A DNA stretch of 63,303 nt, counting the filler, from Squatina squatina (taxonomy: Eukaryota), in assembly GCA_031763465.1 (NCBI GenBank). It is 3 parts of 3 records of this genome, joined end to end, with 100 filler letters (N's around TTAATTAATTAA, not from the genome) between each part and the next. Parts side by side here need not be neighbours in the genome. Positions count along the whole stretch, not along the records: positions 1 to 25,526 come from JARFOE010000176.1; 2 more parts are not named here. One strand, 5' to 3'. The position numbers and the translations under genes were made by a program. Position 1 is the stretch's first letter. Every line of letters begins with the position of its first letter. This document shows positions 1 to 10,649 of this stretch, one piece after another. The notes beneath the pieces were generated by a model, which was given only the letters and a program-made list of their open reading frames with translations, was not told the origin of the DNA and searched no databases.

Positions 1-1359
1 TGCAAAAAAAGGTGAAGCACTTTGAGGCATCCCAAGGACACGAAGAGGCGCTTTATAAAAGCGGTTCTTACTTTCTTAAGTTGCAGTCTTCCCTGCGGAA
101 CTTTCTGGAAGTCGTAAAATACCAGCAGGCTTTCCACCGCCCAGTCTAGATATTACTACCTCAAGCACGAAGGGTTGTTCAGGTTGGATCTGCCCTTGCT
201 GTTGGCTGGGTTACTTCCATTAGCGAATAATGAAAAATGAAACGGGTCCCCTCAGAGCTCTGAGCTGCAATATCCCAGTGCTGACATTAAATGTCATCTT
301 TCATCCTCATTTGGCATCAAATCAATAGTTAATGTGGAAACTGTCACGCAGAAAAAAATATATCTGACAACGTCGCAGACACAGCTGTAAATATTTATTA
401 ACCCTCTAGCTTCCTCTTGTTAAACTTCTTCATCCTGTAAGCCCTACCTTGCACTTGCTTCCAGCACTGCGGAATTCTCACAGGGCAGTTCATGAGGCCT
501 TGAAGGGAGGGCACTATTGAGAGGCCTATGGGAAGGGCTGAGGGCCCACAGTTAGTGTTAGCAACCCTCCCAGATTGCCCTGGAGTCTTAATGAATGGAA
601 GATTGATCTCTAGGGCACTGCTGCGAGCAAGAAACCTCAGGGATCAATCATAGTGGCTTCATAAAAAATATATNNNNNNNNNNNNNNNNNNNNNNNNNNN
701 NNNNNNNNNNNNNNNNNNNNNNNNNNNNNNNNNNNNNNNNNNNNNNNNNNNNNNNNNNNNNNNNNNNNNNNNNATATCTATTTCTGTCTGTCAGGAAATG
801 CAACTGTAAAATTAGAGAACAGAGAAAGCCATGCCCTGCAATTTGTTTGGACTAGTTTTACATGAAATAGCCACTTAAGTCTTAGATGAAGTGTGCCCTG
901 CTGTGCCTGGTAATAGGGTAATTTAGACATTGCTGTGCTCACTGCCATTTTGTGTTCTACGCTCAATTTCTGAAATCATTTGATAGGGAAATAATTGGAC
1001 AAAGTTAGGCAATGCAGCATGGACACCCACAGTGCTGGCTCACTAAAAATCAATTGTCTGCAAATATGTTTTCCTTGTATTTATAATTTGAAGTGAGTTC
1101 GACTAAGGGCAGAGCACAACAAGGCTGCATGCATCCATTTTGAAAGCCAGTCATTGTTAGGATGGAGCAACGCAGCTGGAGCACAAGAAGTAGGCCTTGG
1201 GTTTCCATGGCAACCGAGCGCACATTTCTATCTATTTTCCATTCCTCTCCCAGATTGAACTGTGGTGGTTTAAGTATACTTGAAGTTGGCCTGAACCAAA
1301 TTAGGGCTGTCACTCTTGCCCAATCGAAAACTGAACAGGATTTGGGCGCTGAAGCTCAG

Positions 1360-1536
1360 GAGGGGGAGCAGTGCAGATTCACCAGAATGATACTGGGGCC
1401 TAAAGAGATGAATTCTGAGGACAGGTTGTGTAGACCAGGCTTGTATTCCCTTGAGACGATTAAGGGGTGATCTAGTTGAGGTGTTTAAGATGATTAAAGG
1501 AGTTGATGGGGTAGATGGAGAGAAACTCTTTCCTCC
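1360..1536 (+). mobile_element. CR1-type LINE 3' ORF2 fragment
   Basis: Translates ...RFTRMI...LYSLE / RRLRGDLVEVFKMIKGVDGVDGEKLFP, the typical CR1 ORF2 C-terminus, with frameshifts. Confidence 0.85.
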
Positions 1537-1637
1537 NNNNNNNNNNNNNNNNNNNNNNNNNNNNNNNNNNNNNNNNNNNNNNNNNNNNNNNNNNNNNNNN
1601 NNNNNNNNNNNNNNNNNNNNNNNNNNNNNNNNNNNNG

Positions 1638-1745
1638 ATCGGACTCAAGTGTCTCGAGCACCTGTTCTTCTTCAAGCTGATCGGCGACACCCCCATTGAC
1701 ACCTTCCTCATGGAGATGCTGGAGGCTCCTCATCAAATGACGTGA
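1638..1745 (+). CDS. RXRG: Retinoid X receptor, 3' part of terminal coding exon (helix 11-12/AF-2); paralogue uncertain (RXRG by synteny, RXRA by tail)
   Basis: [35 protein letters not shown] is the RXR C-terminus with the AF-2 core FLMEML; 5' end lost in gap. Family assignment is secure. The APHQMT tail matches human RXRA, but neighbouring contigs are 1q25-type genes and an AATAAA lies ~220 nt downstream. Confidence 0.75.
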   Translation: MGLKCLEHLFFFKLIGDTPIDTFLMEMLEAPHQMT

Positions 1746-1963
1746 TTCGATTCTCCGCGCTCCCTACTTAAATGTCAAATCTGTAAATATTTTCGCTAAT
1801 TGTGTGAATAGAATTGATATAATGTCATCCGTCTAACTTGTAAAACGACACATATTTTGTATCTTGAACAAGCACAGCACAGCAATTATCTGTTAGTTTG
1901 TACAGGGATTTTAAAAAATACACTTATTGGAAGAATTTTAGATTAAAATTCTATTCAGTGAAG

Positions 1964-1969
1964 AATAAA
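1964..1969 (+). promoter_or_regulatory. Candidate polyadenylation signal of the RXR gene
   Basis: AATAAA ~220 nt after the RXR stop in an AT-rich UTR-like tract. Confidence 0.4.
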
Positions 1970-2529
1970 TCAGGTATATAAATCTCCATAAAGTACATCT
2001 CACAGCTCAATCCTCACAATCGCTGTCAGGTAACTTGCGCTCTGTCACTTGTGAAAAGGGATGATTCTCTGAATGCATGCTCCTCACACGGAGCCTGTCC
2101 CACCCAGAGTACGTACCGGGAAATGGCAGGGATCATCCGTCCACTTACACCCGTGAAAAATCGGAGGGAATGTGCCGGCCGATTACCTGCCTTGCGCTCC
2201 TAGCGGGCAAGCGCACATTCTGCTGCGTGAAGGGACTGTCGCCCCCGTCCTTCAGGCACGAGGAGCTGTCAAACCTAAAAAGATATTACACCTCACAGGT
2301 CTGACCATGCGCATTCAGCCTGACACTGACGGACGAACTAACAAGTCAAGTTCATTTCCTCTCGCTCCCTCCTGATTTCAGCTTTGAGGATCAAGATTTC
2401 AGGTTTCCTTTGAATTTTATATTTTACTATTCAAGCAGCTGCAGTCCTCGGTCTGTTCGATTCTTCAACTGCCTTTTTGTCCTTTAGTTTGGAGAATCCG
2501 GTCAGTCGGTAACAGTGGGACACAGACTA

Positions 2530-2775
2530 GCACGGACAGAATGAAGGGGGATGTTAGAAGAGATGTTTTCACATAGTGGATTCTTCGAGCATGGGGGGGA
2601 GTGAGGCAGAGCCTGCAACATCATTTCAAATCGAACTAAGGGAAGGATTTGAAGAGAAACATAAAAAGAGACAGGGAAAGGGTAGGGAAATAGAATTGGA
2701 ATAGACAGCTCCAGCTGAAGAGCTAGCCCCGCCACTGACGCAGTGGGCTGAACGGCCGCCTTCTATGTCTCATGT
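2530..2775 (+). mobile_element. CR1-type LINE 3' end fragment
   Basis: Degenerate CR1 3' tail motifs ending ...gggctgaacggccgccttctatg, similar to 19270-19500 and 24556-24775. Confidence 0.6.
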
Positions 2776-2789
2776 AGCTTTATTTTTTT

Positions 2790-3105
2790 TCAACCTCGGA
2801 ATGTGGGCGTCGCTGGCAAGGGACAGCATTTATCGCCCATCCCTCGTTGCCCCGAGATGGTGGTGATACAATTGGCTTTCTCGGTCACTTCAGAGAGCCG
2901 TTGAGAGTCAACCACGTCTGTGTAGGACTGGAGTCACATATAGAGCAGGTTTTCTTCCCCAATCGGTTGGATTTTTACGACAATCCGACAGCTTCGTGGT
3001 TACTTTTTACTGAAACCAGCTTCTCTTTCCAGTTTATTTTTAAACCGAATTCAAATTCTCAATCTGCCATGGTGGGGTTTGAACCCACGTTCTCTGGATT
3101 ATTGG
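2790..3105 (-). mobile_element. tRNA-derived SINE (family A)
   Basis: Shares gatgtgggcgtcgctggcaagg, gagtcaaccac and gtgggRtttgaac blocks with copies at 4460, 9859 and 44297; B-box GTTCAAA on the minus strand. Confidence 0.8.
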
Positions 3106-3900
3106 TGCATCTATTTCCCATTGTATATAAATAGAAGTGTGGAAATCAATGCTAAGCTGCAGCAAACTCTCTGAAATGCACTAAAAACCCAAACTCTATT
3201 GAATTGTAGCTTTAAATTGTTTGGTGTGATATTTTGGATTACACTCTCAAAGACTTGCCATGTGTCTGGGTGGAATCTTGGAGCAATTTGTTTTATTTTC
3301 CAGGTTTATTTCCTATTCAGCTATCTATGGCCCACACTCTGGCACACCCTGAATAAAGTTCACTGGCTCCCCATCAACCCCACCCACTGTATCAGCTTCA
3401 ACATCCACATCTACAGATCCCACTGTAACCTCCTCCTGCCTAATGTCTGCTCTTCCTGCTCCACTCTGCTCCATTTCCACCTCTCTCCCAATCTAGAACC
3501 AGTGGCCGAGCCCTCGACCATCTTGGTCACCCCCTGACCCCCCACACCCTGGAACACTCTTCCCAACCCCCGTCGCCTTGCTTCATTCCTCACCACCTTC
3601 AGAAACCTCCTTACAACCTACGTGCCTCCTATTGGATTGGGTCTGGCCCCTCCACCAGCTGTAAGGTACTCTGGAATGTTAAAGGGGTGACTATAAATGC
3701 AAGTTGTTGGTCTTGTTTTGCAAGCCAGTGACTGGTGCTTGGATATCTCGCTCAAGTCCCTGTTATTCACACGCGAGGCTAGNNNNNNNNNNNNNNNNNN
3801 NNNNNNNNNNNNNNNNNNNNNNNNNNNNNNNNNNNNNNNNNNNNNNNNNNNNNNNNNNNNNNNNNNNNNNNNNNNNNNNNNNCCTCGGCAGCGGGTAATG

Positions 3901-4250
3901 TCATGCACTTAGGTTGACGGCACACTCATACCAGGCCTCAGTCCCGTGAGTCACAGAGGATGGGCCGCCCACAATGAAGCCAGCCTTGGGGTACAGGGGC
4001 AGGAGGTGCTGGTGGCTGATGAGGCAGATCCTCCTCACTGCGGGATGGATCCGCAGCATGGATTCCACATAGTGCCGAAGCAGGCCCAGTGCAATCCCAC
4101 GGCGTCGCCAAGCCTTGTCCACACACACAGAGTGAATGCAGACTGTCGTTCCTGCGGATTCGTGGACTTCCATGGACCTCTCTGTGAGGTGGTCAGCGAA
4201 TGAGCGAGTCCCACAAACAAATCCTATCAGCTTGTTGTTGATGAAATGAC
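3901..4250 (-). CDS. Non-vertebrate-type arylalkylamine/polyamine N-acetyltransferase (NV-AANAT-like GNAT), terminal exon
   Basis: Acceptor ttttttcaag| before 4250. Reads (G)HFINNKLIGFVCGTRSFADHLTERSMEVHESAGTTVCIHSVCVDKAWRRRGIALGLLRHY...ICLISHQHLLPLYPKAGF...WYEC...*. Contains the acetyl-CoA motif RRRGIA, motif B LYxKxGF, and CIHSVCV instead of the vertebrate HIHVLAV. Confidence 0.8.
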
Positions 4251-4459
4251 CTTGAAAAAAAAAATTAGATCAGTTGCCTTCAATTTTATTTTCCTACGTT
4301 CCACTTTATGAGTCAGCTAAACATTGCATAGTGCAGAGCTTTACACAGAATACATAAAATCTACAGCAAAGAAACAGACTATTTGGCCCAGACCAGACTA
4401 TCTGGTCTATCCCAGTGTCTATGGATGTTATTCATATAGACTTTTTTAAAAAATGTATT

Positions 4460-4924
4460 AATTCACAGGATGTGGGTGTCACTGGCAAGGCCAGCATTTA
4501 TTGCCCATCCCTAATTGCCCTTGAGAAGATGGTGGTGGTCCTCTTGAACCACTGCAGTCCATGAGAAGGTACTCCCAACAGTGCTGACTTTGTCGTAGTG
4601 GTTTGGTACAACTGAGTGGCCATTTCAGAGGGTAGTTAAGAGTCAACCACATTGCTGTGGGTCTGGCTCACATGTAGGCCAGACCAGGTAAGGACGGCCT
4701 ATTTCCTTCGCAAAAAGACATTAGTGAACCAGTTGGGTTTTTCCGACAATTCAGTAGTTTCATGGTCACCATTACTGATACTAGTTTTTTTTAAATTCCA
4801 GGTTTATTTAATTAACTGTATTTAAATTCCCCAGCTGCCGTGGTGGGATTTTAACTCAATGTCTCTGGATCATTAGTCCAGGCCTTTGGATTACTAGTCC
4901 AGTAACATAACCACTATGCTACAG
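4460..4924 (-). mobile_element. tRNA-derived SINE (family A), near full length
   Basis: The minus strand begins gtagcatagtggttatgttactggactagtaatccaaagg (tRNA-like A box) and ends in a LINE-like 3' tail; homologous to 2790, 9859 and 44297. Confidence 0.85.
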
Positions 4925-5025
4925 NNNNNNNNNNNNNNNNNNNNNNNNNNNNNNNNNNNNNNNNNNNNNNNNNNNNNNNNNNNNNNNNNNNNNNNNNNNN
5001 NNNNNNNNNNNNNNNNNNNNNNNNG

Positions 5026-5812
5026 ATGAGTCTGGTGGATGTCAGTAAGATCTTCTCGATGCTCCAGCCCAGAAATCAAGATGACAACGTAGAAGTGAAT
5101 CAAATCAACCAAGCTGTCTCCAGAAATGATGACAAACTTTTGGCTGACCTTTTGGCCCAGGAGAGATACACTCAGTATATCAATAATCGGAGTGGCTGGG
5201 GTGTCCCGGGGACTCCCCTCCGTTTAGCAGCCTCCAAGGGCCACCTGAGCTGCCTGGAGATCCTCTTGAGCCATGGTGCTGAGGTGGACAGCTTGGATGT
5301 GAAAGCTCAGACCCCATTGTTCACGGCTGTTAGTGGTAGGCACTTGCACTGTGTCCAAGCTTTACTCAGGGCAGGGGCAAACCCAAACGGAAGCATCTAC
5401 AACAACTGCTCGCCTGTGCTAACTGCTGCCAGAGAAGGAGATGTGGACATTCTGAAAGCCCTGCTGGAGCATGGGGCCGAAGTCAATGTGCGATCCAAGG
5501 TGCCGGAGTGGGCTTCCAACGCCTGTGCTTGCAGTGGCCCACTCTACCTTGCTTCAGTATACAGGCACTATGAGTGCTTTCGGCTGCTCCTCCTGTATGG
5601 GGCAGATCCCGACTTCAACTGCACAGAGCAGAGACTCTTGGCAAGGATCAAACAACCAAAGACAGTCCTGGAGATGTGCCTCAGGTATGGCTGTGGGCCT
5701 CAGTACATCCAGCTACTTATCGACTTTGGAGCAAACCTTTACCTACCAGGGCATACCCCAGTAAAAAATACACAACAGAACAAAGCAGCGGAACTTCTAG
5801 TCCGAGCCACAG
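5026..5812 (+). CDS. ASB12: Ankyrin repeat and SOCS box protein 12, large ankyrin exon
   Basis: MSLVDVSKIFSMLQP...INNRSGWGVPGTPLRLAASKGHLSCL...SLDVKAQTPLFTAV...GSIYNNCSPVLTAAREG...CSGPLYLA closely matches ASB12. Donor AG|GTAAGA at 5812/5813; the SOCS-box exon is not in the window. Confidence 0.93.
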
Positions 5813-6028
5813 GTAAGAGACACGGTTATTGTCACTTATAAAGCAACAGGATTTCTTAAAATAAGATCAATCGAGAACTCCCAAAAGGCCTAATGGGTAA
5901 AGAAACTGGCATCCCGGTGAACTATGAAGAGTATTCTTGATATCAGCACTTTTTCACAGCTACATACAACCTTAATGGTAACCACACAAATATAAATGAG
6001 CACAGCATTTTTCTTTTTTAAGGCCTAC

Positions 6029-6194
6029 CTGCAGGAGCAGCAGAAGCTCAGCTTTGAGTTGAGTATCCTTAAAAGCCTCTATTTTCTCTTTTAGTTCCTG
6101 AAGGTAGGTGCAGATAGCAATAATAGCCTGTTGTGACTCCAAGAAACTTTGGGTCTTTGCTTCACTAAATACATCAAAATCACACATGGGAGGA
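6029..6194 (-). CDS. Putative internal exon of an unidentified helical/coiled-coil protein gene, antisense within the ASB12 intron
   Basis: Strong acceptor ttttctcttttctgtgttgcag| and donor CAG|GTAGGC enclose a 166-nt open frame PPMCDFDVFSEAKTQSFLESQQAIIAICTYLQELKEKIEAFKDTQLKAELLLLLQ. Confidence 0.6.
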
Positions 6195-6313
6195 CTGCAA
6201 CACAGAAAAGAGAAAATTAAATTAAGTTACAGACTGTACAGTTAGAAGTCCATATATTTCTTGGTATTTAACATCACTGATACTAGTTGATCTCTTTTAG
6301 TTTCAGTTTCAGT

Positions 6314-6735
6314 GTCAGTTGTGGCTCAGTGGGTACCACACTAGCCTGAGTCAGAAGGTTGTGGGTTCAAGTCCCAGTCAGGGACTTGAGCACATAAAGC
6401 TAAGGTGACACTCCAGTGCAGTGCTGAGCTGTTGGAGGTCCCGTCTTTCGGATGAGACGTTAAACTCTCATGTGGACAGAAAAGATCCCATGGCACTATT
6501 TTGAAGGAGAGTTATCCCCAGTGTCCTGGCCAATATTTATCCCTCAATCAACATAACAAAAACAAATTATCTGGTCATTATCACATTGCTGTTTGCGAGA
6601 GCTTGCTGTGCGCAAATTGGTTGCTGTGTTTCCCACATTACAACAGTGACAACACTTTAAAAGTATATCATTGGCTGTAAAGTGCTTTGGGATGTCCTGA
6701 GGTCATAAAAGGCACAATATAAATACAGGTCTTTA
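6314..6735 (+). mobile_element. Deu-domain tRNA-derived SINE (SacSINE1/DeuSINE-like), near full length
   Basis: tRNA-like head (tggctcagtggg...ggttcaagtccc), Deu-core motifs gtctttcggatgagacgttaaac, aaagatcccatggcact and gtgtcctggccaa, and an L2-like tail. Confidence 0.85.
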
Positions 6736-7351
6736 TTTTACTCTTATATAAGCTGTATGCTGGTAGACAGAAGCTAGTATAGGTGGCGACTGTTATGAAT
6801 GGAATAATTCAGCTTCTACTGTGATTTTATAATAGGCCTGAAATTGCCATGTCCCCGGGTGGGAACGATGTTCCCAAGCACCCGGGGAGACATCGCAAAA
6901 GCTGGTTATGGGGCTGTCAATCGTAAGCCCGCATAACCTGCATTTGCGATCTGTTCTGGACAGATGCAACACCGAGGCTGCGAAGCCCATTCCCAGCATA
7001 GAACTTTGCGATATTTTTGCAAAGTTTTCTGCTGGGGATCTCCTGAAATTTCTTACACTTGTGAAAACCTAGCGTATCTACTTGGTTTTAACGTCGTAAG
7101 AAATGTTAAAAGAATTTAGTTCAAAAAAATTAATGGGACATTATTTTAAAACCATTCGAGTATCTTTTTAAACATTTTAAAAGATATTTTTTTAAATTTC
7201 AAAAAAAAATCTTTTGTGTTATTTATCTCCTTTTTATTAAACCTTAATGTTNNNNNNNNNNNNNNNNNNNNNNNNNNNNNNNNNNNNNNNNNNNNNNNNN
7301 NNNNNNNNNNNNNNNNNNNNNNNNNNNNNNNNNNNNNNNNNNNNNNNNNNN

Positions 7352-7440
7352 TGGAAGATCAGCCATGATCTCATTGAATGGCAGAGCAGACTCGAAGGGT
7401 CGAATGGCCTACTCCTGCTCCTATCTTCTATGTTTCTATG
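7352..7440 (+). mobile_element. CR1-type LINE 3' terminus
   Basis: gatcagccatgatctcattgaatggcagagcagactcgaagggtcgaatggcctactcctgctcct...tatgtttctatg tail. Confidence 0.8.
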
Positions 7441-7694
7441 TCCTTCTGCCCTTCTGGCGTGCCTCAAGGCTGAAAGTTTTGCCTGCCAAAAGAAGGAGAT
7501 ATTACAGGATTTGGAGATGGCCCCTTGCAAGTTGTCATGTGATGGTTATGTCAAGAGGCGTGCCACACCCATTTTCCCTCATTATGCATTGTTGCTGCCT
7601 CCGGAACTTCCGGTCGGTGTTAAGAAAATGGAGCTGAACAAGGAAGAGGCCGAGATGCAAGATGTTAGCCATTGTAGGAAGCATAAAACGAACT

Positions 7695-7830
7695 CTCACA
7701 ATCCGCGTACGGTCATTAAACTTCTTGCTGCACTGGGCCGCCGACCTTGGGGTCACGTCCGCTGCCACCACATCTTGCGCCACTTCGGCCCAGGCTCTCC
7801 GGATCATCCGTGCTGTTTCCTTTCTTCCAG
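7695..7830 (-). mobile_element. Myb/SANT-like (trihelix) coding segment of PIF/Harbinger type
   Basis: Minus frame [40 protein letters not shown] fits the W.EVA..V......R...QC.KK.ND pattern of Harbinger DNA-binding proteins. Confidence 0.65.
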
Positions 7831-8000
7831 CGAAGTGCAGAAAGCAGTGAACACTTCTCAAGGACTGTACCAGCGATGGACCGAGCTCCTGGCAGATCCC
7901 TCTTCAACCAGCAAGGAGGAGTGTGACTGGACAACCAATGAGCTGAGGAACAGTCTCCGTAGTATCGAGTGGGACCTGGAGGACCTCGATGAGACTATTA
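7831..8000 (+). CDS. STX6: Syntaxin-6 internal exon (N-terminal Habc domain)
   Basis: Acceptor tttcctttcttccag|; [56 protein letters not shown]; 170 nt; followed by ATATCCTTT. STX10 is the alternative paralogue, but the KIAA1614 neighbour supports STX6. Confidence 0.92.
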
Positions 8001-8009
8001 ATATCCTTT
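8001..8009 (+). promoter_or_regulatory. U12-type (minor spliceosome) AT-AC intron 5' splice site
   Basis: ATATCCTTT exactly where syntaxin homology ends; matches the U12 consensus RTATCCTTT, and the frame stops 3 codons later. Confidence 0.85.
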
Positions 8010-8789
8010 AATTACAGGTGTTTGAAGTGAGGGCAACACTGCCATGGTTCCTCCTTCAAAGTCAGTTCCAACAGCATTGTGACGGTGTTACCTCGTCGAT
8101 GCTGCATGTGCTAATAACCGGTTGGAGTTTGCAGTCAAACCCATGTCCAGTTTGGCAGCTATGTTCTCAGAGGCCACTTTGTCCGTGAAGCCAGGTTGCC
8201 ATGGCCTGTAGAAGCCTCTAGAGATTTGACGGTTAGCGATGTAACTTTGTGTGAGTTTGCAAGAGACTTGCTCTGAGATTGACGCATTCACCATACTGCA
8301 TCCCTGCTTTGTAATCTGTTATCCTATATCTGGAGCCAGCTGCAGGTGAGATTCACCATACATTGGAAGTAGCAACTTGCAAATACAGCAAAGAAACTGG
8401 ATTTCTGCTGGCTAATATTTGGGAGACTGGAACTTGACAACTTTCCCTTAAATTTGTATTGCAACTATACTTGTGCTTTACTAAGCAATGTAGCAAATTG
8501 AGCTTCTCTATAGTGCTGGAAAAATCAAATTACTATCGTCTATCACAGTTTTGGTGGAGAATGAGACTACCATGTTAGTACATGGGAAAATCAATTGTTG
8601 GAACAAACTGTAATTTTATATAATACACCGTTTAGAAGAAATGGAAAGTGAACTGAGTTCCAAAACTTAATTGATCCAGCAGGTTCTTTCAAATTTATCC
8701 AAATTTGTCTCAACTTGTCTGTTCTATGGTCCAAACTTTATAAATTATTAGACATGTGAAGGTAGTTCCCCACGTCTTACAGTAGGAAG

Positions 8790-10460
8790 GACCCTGCCAA
8801 CCAATGCTACTTGAAGGGACCATGAACGACTTACAGCTTAGTTGCTGGATTATTTCTTCTGGCTGCTGCTCAGCTTGTAGATGCTTTTGGAGGTTTTCTA
8901 GACTTGGCTAATGTTATAGTACTCTACTGGGAGTGGTCTGGCCGGTCTAGCAGTCCTGTTTTATGCTATTTGAAATCAGCTGGTGAAAGAAGTGGCTTTC
9001 AGACATGAATGGTCTGGTCAAGCTTCCTCTGGGAATTGAACATGACTGGGGGAATGAAGACAGGCCACGCAGAGCAGGATAAGCTGCTAGAAGCGGGAGG
9101 AGGAGAAGTAGAGCACTGAGCATGAGGCCGTATGCACAGTGGGTCTTCCAGGAGCAATTCTCTTACTCAACTCAACCTCAGTGAGGACCAATGCATGAGA
9201 CGGCATCGCTTCACCAAGGAGGTAGTCACTGAAATCTGCCAACTGCTGCAGCTGCAACTGAAGCCTCAAAGTAGGGCGAGAATAGCATTGCCTGTGGCTA
9301 TCAAGATCACCATAGCTCTGAGATTTTATGACACTGGCTCCTTTCAGGCTGCTATTGGAGATATAAGCAACATCTTGCAGTATGGAGTATAAGGGAGGTG
9401 ATTGGGGCTCTATACATCGAGAAGCTCCTACATCTCATCACCATTTGCCAGAAACACGCAGGAGGAGAGAGCATGACGTTTTGTGCTAGTTGCATATTGC
9501 CTTGCGTGCCCCTCATCTGAAATCTTCAATCTTTATCAACGGAAAAGGATTCCACTCCCTCAGTGTGCACAGGCTGCGCATCGTGCAGGTAAATGCCCGC
9601 TGTCCTGGCAGTCCTCTGTGCCACCTGTATTCCAACCAACACTGCAAGCTAAAGGCTGGCTACTGGGCGACAAGGATTATCCCCTCGTGACACAGCCAGA
9701 AACCTGCGCACAAGGTCTACCATGAGAGCCANNNNNNNNNNACAAGGAATATTATAGAAAAGACTATCGACAATCTCAAACAACGTTTCTACTGCCTGGA
9801 CTGTTCTGGAGGAGCCCTGCAGCACTCAACTGAGTGAGTATTGAGATTTATGGCAGTCTTTTTTATTTATTCGTTCCTGGGATGTGGACGTCGCTGGCAA
9901 GGCCAGCATTTATTGCTCATCCCTAATTGCCCTTGAGAAGGTGGTGGTGATCCACCTTACACAACTGAGTGACTTGCTAGGCCATTTCAGAGGGCAATTT
10001 AAGAGTCAACCACGTTGCTGTCGATCTAGAGTCACATATAAGCCAGACCAGGTAAGGACAGCAGATTCCCTTTCCTAAAGAAAATTAGTGAACCAGGTGG
10101 GTTTTTAATGACAATCCGGTAGTTTTATGATCACTATTAAATTCCAGACTTTTTTTATTTAATTAACTGAATTTAACAGCTGCCGTGGTGGGATTTGAAC
10201 TCAAGTCCCTAGATCATTAGTCCAGGCCTCTGGACTATAACCACTATGCTACTGTACCCATAATATGCTGTGTGTTGCACAACTTAGCAATTATGAGAGA
10301 ACAGCTCTTGCCACCACCTGTCAGACTAGAAGCTAGGAAAAGAAGCATGAGGAGGAGGAAGAGGAAGCAAAGGTGAAAGAGGAAGAGGAAGAGGAGAAAG
10401 AGGAAGAGAGGCTACAACTTGGACCAGCCCTTTCTGCCAGGACGCTATATGATCAGCTTA
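8790..10460 (+). mobile_element. Degenerate PIF/Harbinger transposon (HARBI1-like DDE transposase) interrupted by a SINE
   Basis: Frameshifted pieces LNLSEDQCMRRHRFTKEVVTEIC...LPVAIKITIALRFYDTGSFQ, HIALRAP...FINGKGFHSL, VNARCPGS, GWLLGDKDYPL, TRNIIEKTIDNLKQRFYCLDCSGGALQ, then ICCVLHNLA and an acidic tail after the SINE. Confidence 0.88.
9859..10260 (-). mobile_element. tRNA-derived SINE (family A) nested in the Harbinger transposase
   Basis: Homologous to 4460-4924; splits the transposase between ...RFMAV and ICCVLHN. Confidence 0.85.
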
Positions 10461-10649
10461 TTCATGAGCGATACCAGTAACCTCAACCACACCTCCCCAT
10501 GCACCAATAATCCCACACTCCTTACCTTTCCTCTCTCACTGACCATNNNNNNNNNNNNNNNNNNNNNNNNNNNNNNNNNNNNNNNNNNNNNNNNNNNNNN
10601 NNNNNNNNNNNNNNNNNNNNNNNNNNNNNNNNNNNNNNNNNNNNNNGTG

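Noticed and set aside
6314-6390. tRNA gene (A and B boxes)
   Set aside because: It is the tRNA-derived head of a SINE, continuing into the Deu core; no complete cloverleaf.
7247-7830. 254-aa ORF as an N-terminally extended syntaxin
   Set aside because: The upstream part is CR1 tail and intron sequence; syntaxin homology starts at the acceptor at 7831.
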